Notes: generated by a model from the letters alone, not told the origin. Shown: positions 41,487 to 52,018, counted from the first letter of the stretch. The stretch is DNA of 64,000 nucleotides from an uncultured bacterium (GCA_963696395.1 CAVOJZ010000002.1:559317-623316), one strand, 5' to 3'. Translations and numbers: made by a program.

Positions 41487-42440
41487 CTATTTGATAGCGG
41501 CCCGCGTAATTCGTTTGGAACGCCTGGTTTTCGATGCATTCCTTCTGTTACGCTCGGAGATCAGCATGTAACGATGAAGGTTGGGCCTGCCGGCGAGGTA
41601 GTCCGCAAAGTCGCGGATTGCGGCACCGTACGCAAGGCATTTGTTGTACCGATACAGGGCAGTTGTCTGGCTGGCATCACTTTCTCCCCAGTGCATCGCG
41701 TGGAGATAATTTCCAATACTGCAGATCGTATCGTTATCGGCGGAGAGATCTGGGGGTGAGGAGCTTATCGCGCCGTCAACACACGATGACCCGTCATAGT
41801 GCATGGCTAAGTTCTCGTACGATGAAGGTTCGAATTGAGGTTTGCCGCGCGCGCCGGTCCAGGAACCTTTTTCCACGAGAGGGTCTACGCCAATTCGTTC
41901 GAAGGTTCTGAGGAAGATAACCAGCTCTTCTTCGGCCCAGCCTGGGCGTTGGAAATCCGGACGGTAGACGGCGATCGTGTACAGGCTTGCTGCGATCGGA
42001 AAGGTTCCTTTGGTGCCGTCTCCGAACTGCGTTTCAGCGTCGAGAATCCCGACAATAATTTCTTTCGGGACCCCGAATTGAAGCTCTGCCTGTTTAAGAA
42101 TTGTCTCGTTCTCTTCCGCAAAAAGTGATCCGCGGAATTTTGCCCAGACGCTAAGAACGTAATCAAAATTGTTCCTGGGGCTCGGTTTCGGTTTTAGTTG
42201 CTGAGGAATCGGCGGCTTGGGCGGTGGAATGTGGTTGAAGCGCCGAACAAGTCTTGGTTCAAACGTGAAGCGGGGGTCGGTCACGATGGCTTCGCCGTAG
42301 CCAGGCAGCGCTTTTCGAATATGTTGAATGATCTTTATCTGCCTCTCTTTTATGACTTCCTTGGGCAATCGAGGTGTTGCCGCAAAAGAGAATTGGCTAG
42401 CGAGAGTTATAAAGAACAATAAAAAGAAGATTCTTTTCAC
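41487..42440 (-). CDS. Lytic murein transglycosylase (MltB/SLT_2 family)
   Basis: GTG start with GGAGG SD, signal peptide, GILDAETQFG, GSWTGARGKPQFEPSSY, SIGNYL. Confidence 0.85.
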   Translation of the reverse strand: MKRIFFLLFFITLASQFSFAATPRLPKEVIKERQIKIIQHIRKALPGYGEAIVTDPRFTFEPRLVRRFNHIPPPKPPIPQQLKPKPSPRNNFDYVLSVWAKFRGSLFAEENETILKQAELQFGVPKEIIVGILDAETQFGDGTKGTFPIAASLYTIAVYRPDFQRPGWAEEELVIFLRTFERIGVDPLVEKGSWTGARGKPQFEPSSYENLAMHYDGSSCVDGAISSSPPDLSADNDTICSIGNYLHAMHWGESDASQTTALYRYNKCLAYGAAIRDFADYLAGRPNLHRYMLISERNRRNASKTRRSKRITRAAIK

Positions 42441-42506
42441 GACAACCTCCTTGTAGAATGGATTTTCAAATTGCTCTTCCATGATTTTAGCACTACAATA
42501 TCCCAT

Positions 42507-43679
42507 ATGGAACCTATGTATTCTGCACCGCACTTGAAGCGCCGCGAACTGGTTGCTCCGCTCGACGAAGAGAAGAGCAAGTTGAAGCAGCTTGACCTTC
42601 GAACCGATGCCGAGGCGCTTCGCATGAAGCGTTTTCTCGCTATGCCCGACCTTTCCCGGACGTCCGACAGCCCGATTCATGAGCTCGCAGGGCGTATTCT
42701 TGCCTTGCCGGAATTCGCGGGTTTTGACGTGATGCAAACGCCCGAGGTTGTCCCGGCGCGCGAAAGCTTCGACCTTTTTAACTTCCCGCCGGATCATCCG
42801 GCCCGGAGCAAATCCGATACCTATTACGTGAACGACACGCACATTCTCCGTACGCACACCACGATCATGTGGTATTACTATTTGATGTTGCCGGAGGTGA
42901 AGGCCGCGATCGCGCGCGGCGAATCTCTGGGGTTGCTTTCGTTCGGCAAGGTTTATCGCAAAGACGAAATCGATCGGAAACACATGAACGTGTTTCATCA
43001 GATGGACGGTTTATTCCTCTGTCGCAAATCGGAAAAAAATATCGGCGTTCCCGAATTGCAGAATATTTTAATTGCCATCGCGCAAACGATTTTCGGCAAG
43101 GATGTGAAGTACCGCATCAATCCGGACGCATTCCCGTACACCAACCCGAGCCTCGAAATGGAAGTTGACCTCAATGGCAACTGGGTCGAGGTTCTGGGTT
43201 CCGGCGTTGTGATGCCGAGCGTGCTCGATAACCTCGGCGTTGACTCAAAAGCATGGAACGGGTGGGCATTCGGATTCGGACTTGAACGCCTTGCTATTTT
43301 AAGCATGGAACTTCCGGACATCCGGCTTTTGTGGTCCGAGGATCCTCGGGTGAAGCGCCAGCTCAAACTCGGGCAGACATATAAAGGGGTGAGTAAGTAT
43401 CCTCCGATCACGCGCGACATTTCGTTTGTCGTGCCAAAAAGCTTCGTGCCGAACAACTATTTCGACCTCATCCGCGATGTCGGCGGTGACATCGTGGAAG
43501 AAGTGACGCTTCTCGATAAATATGAAAACGATGCAAAGTTCGGCGCGGATAAGATGAGCTACACCTACCGGATTGTTTATCGCTCAAACGAACGGACACT
43601 TACGACCGAAGAAATTGATCCCTTGCAGGATAAGGTGATCCGGGAAACAAAGGATCAGTTCGGTGCAGTCGTGCGGTAG
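42507..43679 (+). CDS. pheS: Single-chain phenylalanyl-tRNA synthetase (alpha catalytic domain plus C-terminal FDX-ACB)
   Basis: HPAR..DTYY, LRTHT, YRKDEID..H..VFHQ, FPYT.PS, AFGFGLER, then SKYP..RDISF...YR..ERTLT. Confidence 0.92.
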   Translation: MEPMYSAPHLKRRELVAPLDEEKSKLKQLDLRTDAEALRMKRFLAMPDLSRTSDSPIHELAGRILALPEFAGFDVMQTPEVVPARESFDLFNFPPDHPARSKSDTYYVNDTHILRTHTTIMWYYYLMLPEVKAAIARGESLGLLSFGKVYRKDEIDRKHMNVFHQMDGLFLCRKSEKNIGVPELQNILIAIAQTIFGKDVKYRINPDAFPYTNPSLEMEVDLNGNWVEVLGSGVVMPSVLDNLGVDSKAWNGWAFGFGLERLAILSMELPDIRLLWSEDPRVKRQLKLGQTYKGVSKYPPITRDISFVVPKSFVPNNYFDLIRDVGGDIVEEVTLLDKYENDAKFGADKMSYTYRIVYRSNERTLTTEEIDPLQDKVIRETKDQFGAVVR

Positions 43680-43706
43680 GGTGCATTGGGTTATAGTTAT
43701 TACATA

Positions 43707-45164
43707 ATGCCAACATTTTCCGTGCCCGAGGAGGTTGCTGAAATTGCCGCCACGCTTGCGAAGGCTGGCTTTGAAGCGTATCTCGTCGGAGGTTGCGTGC
43801 GCGATATGCTTATCGGGCGCGAGCCGAAAGACTGGGATATTGCAACGAGCGCCAATCCGGCACAAGTCCAGAAAATTTTCCCAGAGAATGTTTATGAAAA
43901 TGATTTCGGTACGGTTGGCGTAAAAACCGAATCGGAAGATCCGAAATTGAAAGTGATCGAGGTCACAACGTACCGCATAGAGGGAAAATACACCGACAAG
44001 CGCCATCCGGACGACATAAAGTTTGCAAAGACGATAGAAGAGGATTTGTCCCGCAGGGATTTCACGGTCAACGCGATTGCGATGGGGCTTGGCGGTGATG
44101 TTGTGGATCCTTTTGAAGGGCAGAAAGATCTTAAGAAAAAAATAATCAGAACGGTTGGAACGGCCGATGATCGCTTTCACGAGGACGCCCTTCGCCTGAT
44201 GCGCGCCGTCCGATTTGCCGTTGAACTGGATTTTGATATCGAGCTTGTCACGCGCCGCTCGATTGAAAAATATTCCCGCGAGCTTGAAGTGATCGCAAAG
44301 GAACGGATCCGGGATGAGCTCGTAAAGATCATCATGACACCGCGCGCGGCAAAGGGGATTATCCTTCTTGAAGAACTCGGACTGCTCAAAAATATCCTGC
44401 CGGAACTTCAGGAGGGCGTCGGCGTCGGACAGAATCTGCATCACATTTATACGGTGTTCGAACACAATGTCCGCGCACTTGACTACTCCGCCCGGGAGGA
44501 TTATTCGCTTGCGGTTCGCATGGCGTCGCTTTTGCACGACATCGGCAAGCCGCGCGCAAAAGCGGGTGACGGAGCGCACTCAACGTTTTACAGCCATGAA
44601 TATATCGGCGCAAAGCTTGCCGCTAAAGCGCTCGACCGGTTGCGGTTTCCCCGTGAGTTCATCGAAGACGTTGTCCATCTCGTTAAAAACCATATGTTCT
44701 ATTACAACGTGGGGGATGTCTCCGCGCATGGCGTCCGGCGGTTTCTCGCCCGTGTCGGTCCCGAGACGGTGCCGGATCTATTGAAAGTCCGCGAGGCCGA
44801 TCGCATCGGCTCGGGAGTCAAAAAAGCCGTGCCCTACAAGCTTCGCCACTTGCTTTTCATGATCGAGAAAGTGAAGAACGATCCCATCTCGCCCAAAATG
44901 CTGAAGGTTAACGGCGATGACGTTATGAACGTTCTGAAGCTTCCCGAAGGCATGCGGGTGGGTTGGATCATTATCTCTCTATTAGAGGAGGTGCTTGAAG
45001 ACCCCGAAAAAAATACGAGGGAATATCTTGAGAAGAGGATGAGGGAGTTGGATGAGTTAAGCGATAAAGCATTAAAAAAAATGGCGGACAAAGCCCGCGA
45101 AACGAAAGATGAATTTGCCGACGAGGCTGAAGCGGATATCAAGAAAAAATTTCACGTTTCATAA
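43707..45164 (+). CDS. cca: CCA-adding tRNA nucleotidyltransferase with HD domain
   Basis: VGGCVRD, DWD, RRDFTVNA, EDALR, ERIRDE, LLHDIGK. Confidence 0.9.
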   Translation: MPTFSVPEEVAEIAATLAKAGFEAYLVGGCVRDMLIGREPKDWDIATSANPAQVQKIFPENVYENDFGTVGVKTESEDPKLKVIEVTTYRIEGKYTDKRHPDDIKFAKTIEEDLSRRDFTVNAIAMGLGGDVVDPFEGQKDLKKKIIRTVGTADDRFHEDALRLMRAVRFAVELDFDIELVTRRSIEKYSRELEVIAKERIRDELVKIIMTPRAAKGIILLEELGLLKNILPELQEGVGVGQNLHHIYTVFEHNVRALDYSAREDYSLAVRMASLLHDIGKPRAKAGDGAHSTFYSHEYIGAKLAAKALDRLRFPREFIEDVVHLVKNHMFYYNVGDVSAHGVRRFLARVGPETVPDLLKVREADRIGSGVKKAVPYKLRHLLFMIEKVKNDPISPKMLKVNGDDVMNVLKLPEGMRVGWIIISLLEEVLEDPEKNTREYLEKRMRELDELSDKALKKMADKARETKDEFADEAEADIKKKFHVS

Positions 45165-45177
45165 CCTTTCTGCGAAT

Positions 45178-45609
45178 ATGAACATTAAAATTAAGCGGTT
45201 CGATAAAAATCTTCCGTTGCCGCGATATCAAACCGAGGGCGCCGCGGCGTTCGACCTCACCGCTCGGGTGGAAGTGATTATTGAACCGAAATCGATCGGT
45301 TATGTGCCGGTGAACGTCGCCGTCGAAACTCCGCACGATCATTTCCTGCTGGTCGCCGCCCGGAGCGGTACTCATAAAAAAGGCCTCATCATTGCAAACG
45401 GCATCGGAATCATCGACCCCGACTTTCGCGGTAACGAAGACGAGATTAAAGTTGTCTATTATAACTTTACCGATAAGGCGGTTTCTATTGAAAAAGGGGA
45501 ACGTATCGCCCAAGCGATATTTGTTAAGTTTTTACGCCCGGAATGGGAGGAGGCGGATATCCTTGACGGCAAAACACGCGGTGGGTTTGGAAGTACGGGA
45601 CATAAATAG
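45178..45609 (+). CDS. dut: dUTP diphosphatase
   Basis: AAAFDL, ARSG, GIIDPDFRG, ERIAQ, RGGFGSTG. Confidence 0.96.
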   Translation: MNIKIKRFDKNLPLPRYQTEGAAAFDLTARVEVIIEPKSIGYVPVNVAVETPHDHFLLVAARSGTHKKGLIIANGIGIIDPDFRGNEDEIKVVYYNFTDKAVSIEKGERIAQAIFVKFLRPEWEEADILDGKTRGGFGSTGHK

Positions 45610-45628
45610 CGTACAATTAAAGATAAGC

Positions 45629-48418
45629 ATGAAATTACATCACCTCCTTGTTGGTTTCGGAGCTGTAATCTTTCTTTTGATCGCCCCTCACGCCGCCTTT
45701 GCCTGCACAAACCCCGGCCAGATCCCGAGCGGTTTCACCACCCCCTGCCCGGTATTTGATGCCGAGCCTACGAGTGTCCAATCATCGGGAAGCGTCACGA
45801 TTACCGTGACGCCGAATGTTGCGAACCAATATATCAGCCAGAACTTCTTCCTCTTCAACGGCAGCACCTGGGTGAGCTCAACCCTCGTCGGGAACTTCAA
45901 GAATGGATTCTCAACCAGCACCGCCACTTATACGATTACAAGCAGCCAGCTTTCAAAGCTTCCTTCGGGCAATATCTACCTTGCCGAATGGGACTGGACT
46001 TTCAATGCAAGCGAGAAGTGCTATACCGGACCTGCCACGAGCACCTGTAATCAAGGCTACTGGCGTCTGCAGGAGTTTACCTTGTCCGGAGGGCAGCAGG
46101 AAGGCGCCGGCGACAACATATATTGTGCTCCGGGCGACGTCCCGCAATTTGGTCCGGGCACGAGCGATGGTCCGGCATCGTATCCATCGCGATGCATTAA
46201 TACGGAAATGCCGAACATAAGTTCCTACAAGGTGGTGACGGTGTGTCCGCCGAGTGCAGGAAGCTGCACCTTCCCGACGATTACTGCTGCAGTTACGACT
46301 TCCACGTTGCAGTGCGGAGAAATCATCGAAGTGAAAGCCCGCGACGCAAACGGGAATCAGCTTATCTATGACAAAGACACCGGCGAGAAAATGCCGATTC
46401 CGATAACGAAGGTCTGCAGTGCCTCAGCGGGATGGATTATTATGGCCTCGGACATGTTCCAAAATTCGAATTTTCCGGCGGAAGGAACGAGAATCAGTCC
46501 GGGATGGATGGGTATTTCTTCCCTTATTGCCCGTCCGGCATATAACGAGCCGCAAACCGCAGGCGTTTACATTCCTAAGATAATGACGGAAGGGGCGAAC
46601 ACGCCCGCTATGGTTTTGAGCGGAGGAGCCTACTGGCGTTTTATCGGTCTTGAGTTCACGGGCGCTGCTGGGGTTGTGCAAGACGGTTCGATTATCGGTC
46701 CGGATCCAAATCTTGCTGACGTGGTTGCCGGTAATCACATTGTTCTCGATCGGGTTGTGGTTCATGGCGGCAACAATCCACAAGGGGAAAATGCGAAGGA
46801 TTCCGATGGCGGCATCCAGTTTGACCAAACAAATTATATGGCCCTCGTCGACAGTTACGTTTACGACTTTGTCTGTGCGCAAGCTTGCACGGATTCAAAG
46901 GCGGTCCATTTGGGAGGCAACGATCCGCTCGTGCAGGAAGGACCATTCAAGGTTGTCGATAACTATCTTGAGGCGACGGGCGAAAATATCTTAGCAGGCG
47001 GCGGAGGAACGGGTTCGGGATGCTGCACTGGCGCGAGCAACATTGAAATTCGACGCAACCATCTCTATAAGCCGGCAACAATATGGCAAGAAAGTTGGCC
47101 GGATGCGAACGGATCGACCACGTGCATTGCGGGCAACGGATGCGATAACAATCCAAACTACTTCGGGACGAAGGTTATTGTTAAAAATTTGGACGAATTT
47201 AAGAATGACCGACAAATCCTATTTGAGGGTAATATTTTTGAAAACAACTGGGGCGGGCAATCCGATCAGGATGGCGGGGCGATATCGTTGGATCCGGTAA
47301 GTCAGAATAGATCTCCGCAGGGATGCGCAAATTACGACGGCAATGGGCATCTCACAGCCGCAAATTGTCCAAACGGGAAAGGCGCGATTACGTTCACTCC
47401 CGACGTAGTTGACCAGTATTGTGCTACGCCGTACGAATGTCACGTATCTCTCGGTGTCGAGCCGAGCCGATCAACGTATGTGTATGCGCTGCAATATAAT
47501 TCGCCGACTTCGATAACTGTTTCGCCGGGACTTAATCCGGATCAAAACGGAGTCGACCAGCCGTTTACTCAGCAAATGATTAGCCAATGTCGACCGGGTG
47601 CGGACCCATTAGCGGAAGATTCAGACCTTATCCTTCGGGACAACATCGTGAGGCATGCTGCACACGCATTCTCAATGACGAGCTACTCGTCTCAGTGCGG
47701 GGATCTTGCGCAGGGCATTGCGCGTGTTTCCATTCATGACAATCAAGTCGATGATATAAACGGATGGCAATGGAATTTAAAGAAAGGCGCCTGTTGTTCA
47801 TGGGCGGTCGGCGTTCGCATCGGGAATTCCAATACCTCTCAGAGTCTTGCTACAAAGAATATCTCGATTTCGCATAACACCTTGATTTCGAGCCAGGAAT
47901 TTAATGCCGGCACGGAAGGATCCGTCAATATATCGAATACCTGCGGCGGCGATTGTCCCATACAGATCCAAGGTGTATCAATACGTGATAATATCGGTAT
48001 CGATGGTCTGGATGACGGAGGAGGTTCAAAAGATTACTGTGACAACAACAAATTTAACGACAACTCAACCGATCTTTTTAATTGCATCGTAGGAACCTCG
48101 CCGTCGCCGTCGCTTGGCTGGTGTATCACTGGCAATGTGCTTACGAACGCCGTCATTGCAAACGACCCTGATTATCCACCTCCTGGCAAACCGAACACGC
48201 CTTGGCCAACGCAAAGCCCAGCGTGTCCAAGTGGAGTTTCAACCGCCAACTACAACCCAGCAGATTTTCTGAGCGTTGGCTTCATAAATTTTAACAATGG
48301 AATCGGAGGGAACTATCAATTGCAATCGGGATCGCCCTATATTGGCAAAGCCTCCGATGGAGGAAATCCCGGTGCGAACATTGCAGCGGTAGATGCCGCC
48401 ACCGCTGGCGTACAGTAG
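45629..48418 (+). CDS. Large secreted Cys-rich protein with a probable right-handed beta-helix
   Basis: Signal peptide (AFA); FEGNIFENNW, IRDN repeats; C-terminal GNYQLQSGSPY...PGAN. Confidence 0.8.
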   Translation: MKLHHLLVGFGAVIFLLIAPHAAFACTNPGQIPSGFTTPCPVFDAEPTSVQSSGSVTITVTPNVANQYISQNFFLFNGSTWVSSTLVGNFKNGFSTSTATYTITSSQLSKLPSGNIYLAEWDWTFNASEKCYTGPATSTCNQGYWRLQEFTLSGGQQEGAGDNIYCAPGDVPQFGPGTSDGPASYPSRCINTEMPNISSYKVVTVCPPSAGSCTFPTITAAVTTSTLQCGEIIEVKARDANGNQLIYDKDTGEKMPIPITKVCSASAGWIIMASDMFQNSNFPAEGTRISPGWMGISSLIARPAYNEPQTAGVYIPKIMTEGANTPAMVLSGGAYWRFIGLEFTGAAGVVQDGSIIGPDPNLADVVAGNHIVLDRVVVHGGNNPQGENAKDSDGGIQFDQTNYMALVDSYVYDFVCAQACTDSKAVHLGGNDPLVQEGPFKVVDNYLEATGENILAGGGGTGSGCCTGASNIEIRRNHLYKPATIWQESWPDANGSTTCIAGNGCDNNPNYFGTKVIVKNLDEFKNDRQILFEGNIFENNWGGQSDQDGGAISLDPVSQNRSPQGCANYDGNGHLTAANCPNGKGAITFTPDVVDQYCATPYECHVSLGVEPSRSTYVYALQYNSPTSITVSPGLNPDQNGVDQPFTQQMISQCRPGADPLAEDSDLILRDNIVRHAAHAFSMTSYSSQCGDLAQGIARVSIHDNQVDDINGWQWNLKKGACCSWAVGVRIGNSNTSQSLATKNISISHNTLISSQEFNAGTEGSVNISNTCGGDCPIQIQGVSIRDNIGIDGLDDGGGSKDYCDNNKFNDNSTDLFNCIVGTSPSPSLGWCITGNVLTNAVIANDPDYPPPGKPNTPWPTQSPACPSGVSTANYNPADFLSVGFINFNNGIGGNYQLQSGSPYIGKASDGGNPGANIAAVDAATAGVQ

Positions 48419-48437
48419 GTATATTTCTGTCTGAAAG

Positions 48438-48508
48438 TCGGGCTGCTGGGAATCGAACCCAGTCTTTACGCACCCGAAGCGCACGTACTACCGGTATACT
48501 ACAGCCCG
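48438..48508 (-). tRNA. tRNA-Pro(CGG)
   Basis: Reverse complement: CGGGCTG/CAGCCCG acceptor, TGCGC-TTCGGGT-GCGTA anticodon arm, TTCGATT T-loop. Confidence 0.92.
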
Positions 48509-48594
48509 AAGTTGAGGAGGAGATGCGCAAGCAAGCTTGCGTATCTCCGACGAAACGAGGGATGAAAAGCTTCTTAGCTTTACAGCCCGAAGTT
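48500..48594. repeat. 14-bp duplication of the tRNA-Pro 5' end flanking a hairpin
   Basis: TACAGCCCGAAGTT at 48500 and 48581; GGAGATGCGCAAGC/GCTTGCGTATCTCC stem between them. Confidence 0.8.
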
Positions 48595-48646
48595 ACCAAG
48601 GTATTTAAACCTTTTTTGGGGAAAAACTCAACTGCCCGGGAAGCTA

Positions 48647-48674
48647 TTGACACTATTTTTCAGGTGAGTATACT
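48647..48674 (+). promoter_or_regulatory. rRNA promoter
   Basis: TTGACA-N16-TATACT about 330 nt upstream of 23S. Confidence 0.75.
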
Positions 48675-49559
48675 TACTCCTAAGATACGAATGTTCAAGA
48701 ACGTAAATCTTTCACCAACCACCGGCTAGCCCCGCAATTTTAGATTGTGAAGCAGCCGCCGTGCGCGGCTGATTTTATTCTTGGGTATGTCGTGTCGAAC
48801 GTTTTTTACCAATATTCGTTCGACTACTTGAGCGAACTTCCGAATTGTAGAGTCGGAAGATTCATATGAAGCTCCGCGCCATCTTATGTCCGACTGTGCC
48901 TACAAGCACGGGCGGGCAGAGGCCTACGTAACGCATTTCTAGGCCTCCAATTTCTCTTGGCAGGCGGAGCATGTTCTTAAATAGAACAAAAAAGTCAGCA
49001 TTGGGATGGTTGGCACATAAGGGCGAATGGTGGATGCCTAGACTAGAAAAGGCGATGAAGGACGTGGCGTAGCAACGATATGCCTCGGGGAGGTGCGTAG
49101 CAACCTGTGATCCGGGGATTTCCGAATGGGGAAACCTAGTTGAGTAAACCTCAATTGCGTGGAGCAATCCACGAGCGTACCCGGCGAAGTAAAACATTTC
49201 AGTAGCCGGAGGAAAAAAGAACAAGCAGTTTATTCCCTGAGTATCGGCGAGAGAAAAGGGAAGAGCCCAGACTAAGGTTGTGATTTATCACAGCCTTGGA
49301 GTTATAAGTGTTGAACGCTCTCCTTCGCGAATAATAAAGGGCGCAGTAATGTGCTCTCTATTATTTGCGAGCGGAGGTGGAGGAGTTAAAAAATCATTGG
49401 TTAGCCGAAATCAGCTGGAAAGCTGATACCAGAGAGGGTGATAGTCCCCTAGGCGAAAACTTTTGGTCTCCTTAGTTTATCTACTTGAGTACTTCGAAGT
49501 AAAACAGTTTCGAAGGAATTAGCCAGTACTATCTGGCAAGGCTAAATACTTTTCTAGAT

Positions 49560-49596
<37 letters not shown>

Positions 49597-51020
49597 CAGG
49601 CCGGTGAGGCCGTTGAAATAGAACCTGAAACCATTTGTCTACAAGGAATTGAAGCACGAACGGCTGGGGAGCAATCCTCGGACGAGTGCGACAATGTGCC
49701 TATTGAAGAATGATCCAACGACTTATTTTTGTGTCGCTTGTCTAAACGCGCATAGCGTGTAGGCGCAGCGAAAGCGAGTCTTAATAGGGCGAAATTAAGG
49801 CGGCACAGTATAGACCCGAAGCGTGATGAGCTTACCTTGGCCAGGGTGAACTCTCGAGAAATCGAGAGGGAGGCCCGAACCGGTTGATTGTTCAAAATCT
49901 TCGGATGAGCTGAGGTAAGGAGTGAAAAGCTAATCGAATTACGTAATAGCTGGTTCTCTCCGAAATAGTTTTAGGACTAGCGGCGAATGTTCCCCGTGGG
50001 GGTAGAGCACTGGATGATCTGTAATGGTCGAAAGACCGCCAGATCAATCAAACTCCGAATACCGCGGGTTAAAAGTTCGCTAGTTAGACTGTGGGGGCTA
50101 AGCTCCATGGTCGCGAGGGGAAGAGCCCAGATCGTCATCTAAGGTCCCGAAGTCCATGCTCAGTGTGAAAGGTAGTCATCACCCATAGACAGATAGGAGG
50201 TTGGCTTAGAGGTAGCCATCCTTTAAAGAGTGTGTAACAACTCACTATTCGACGGGTGGTGGCGCCGAAAATGTACCGGGGCTCAAGCATGGCACCGAAG
50301 ATACGAATTTACATGTCCCTCGGGACGTGTATCTGGTAGGAGAGCATTCCGGCCTGCAGTGAAGGTCAACCCGCGAGGGTGACTGGAGCGGCCGGAAGAG
50401 AAAATGTTGGAATGAGTAACCACAATCCCAATGAGAAATTGGAACCCCGAAAATCTGAGGTTTCCGTGGCACTGGCAATCAACCACGGGTTAGGCGGTCC
50501 TAAGGCAATCCCGAAAGGGGCAGTCGATGGAAAGCTGGTTAATATTCCAGCCCTCCTATGTGTTTATCCTGCGCGTGCAAGGGAAATAATCATGTATGTC
50601 TTATTGGTTTGGTATCGCTGCGGACAAGTTCAAGCGGTCCGCGGCGGAAGGTGAGGAATTTACCTCATCGACACATGAGAAGAGCCCTTCGAGAAAAGCG
50701 CGTTTGTTATGACACGTGGGATCCGTACCGTAAACCGACACTGGTGGATAGGGCGAGTAGCCCAAGGGGAACGAGTGATTTGCCTCTAAGGAACTAGGCA
50801 AAAAAGCGGCCGTAAGTTCGCAATAAGGCCTGCCCTCCGCAAGGAGGGCCGCAGCTAAAGTATCTCTGGCGACTGTTTACCAAAAACACAGCTCCCTGCT
50901 AACTCGCAAGAGGATGTATAGGGGGTGACGCCTGACCGATGCGAGAAGGTCAAGGTTGGGGGTGGCGTAGCAATACGTTGCTCACTGACTCAAGCCCTCG
51001 TCAATGTCAGCGATAACTAT

Positions 51021-51767
51021 GAAATACGATTGTAGTTATAAAATTTGGCTATATGCTGGAATACCTGAGTATCCGACATTACCGTTGGTGCAAAAATAAA
51101 TTAAAAAATCATTAAAACTGATTTTGGAATTTACTTTTTGTTTGCTACGGTGAAAATATGATCGGTGCAGACAATCAGCAGGAAAGGCTTTGGTCGCAAA
51201 AATGGCTTAACGATATTCCAGAAAATATCGGTTGGTATCTTTCGGGCTTCGTAGACGGAGAAGGGAGCTTTAACGCTTCGCTTCGGAAGGGAAATGGGCA
51301 TCGCCTCGGATGGCAGGTGCAGTTAACTTTTAATGTAGCCCAGCGAGATATTACTGATTTGGAATTATTGAAGCGTCATTTTGCATGTGGACGATTACAA
51401 AATCGAAAGGACGGAGTTCGTTATTTCGTCGTTTGTGATTATCGTTCCATTATCAATCGGGTTATACCATTCTTTGAGAAATTTCCTTTCTATTCTGTTT
51501 CAAAACAGAAAAACTTCTTTCTTTTCAAACAAATCGCACTTCTGATGGGCCAGGGCAAACACCTTGATCCAGAAGGATTCCGCGAGATTGTTTCTATAAG
51601 AGAAAGATTAAACGAAGGGAAAGGACGAAGAAGAAAATATAACGAGAGCGATATGATTAAAGAATCCTCAGAGACTACACGCCAAACTTCGCGTATCGCG
51701 AAGATGATATAGTCCGAACTGCATGGCGACATGCAGAGTTGCTCTCTCACGAGCAGAATAACAGATG
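51021..51767 (+). mobile_element. Group I intron at about L1917 (E. coli numbering)
   Basis: Splits AACTAT|AATCG; 5' exon ends in U, intron ends in G; core AATCAGCAGG, CAGAGACTACA, GATATAGTCC. Confidence 0.92.
51158..51712 (+). CDS. Intron-encoded single-motif LAGLIDADG endonuclease
   Basis: YLSGFVDGEGSF; start codon uncertain. Confidence 0.9.
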   Translation: MIGADNQQERLWSQKWLNDIPENIGWYLSGFVDGEGSFNASLRKGNGHRLGWQVQLTFNVAQRDITDLELLKRHFACGRLQNRKDGVRYFVVCDYRSIINRVIPFFEKFPFYSVSKQKNFFLFKQIALLMGQGKHLDPEGFREIVSIRERLNEGKGRRRKYNESDMIKESSETTRQTSRIAKMI

Positions 51768-51781
51768 AATCGTTCTAAGGT

Positions 51782-52018
51782 GGAATTGAAACTGCCTTAG
51801 TAAAACCTAACTATATGCTGGAACACCCGCGCATATCAGAGTACCGCAAGGTAACAATCTCTGATCGAAGCGGACAATCAGCAGGAAACTTCTTCGGAAG
51901 GATCCTCAGAGACTACACGTTAGGATCGCCGGGTGGCGATAAGATATAGTCCGAACTGCATAGCGATATGCAGAGCCAAGCAGAAATGTTTTGGCCAACA
52001 TAGGTTGTAACATGTTTG
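51782..52018 (+). mobile_element. ORF-less group I intron at about L1931
   Basis: Splits CTAAGGT|AGCG; P1 CTAAGGT/GCCTTAG; same core motifs as intron 1. Confidence 0.92.

Noticed and set aside
42441-42998. N-terminal extension of the 503-aa ORF 41487..42998
   Set aside because: It is antisense to pheS. The real start is likely GTG 42440, which has an SD and a signal peptide.
43584-44579. 331-aa minus-strand ORF
   Set aside because: Antisense shadow of cca.
45392-45628. Upstream extension of the 1008-aa ORF
   Set aside because: It overlaps dut; the signal peptide begins at ATG 45629.
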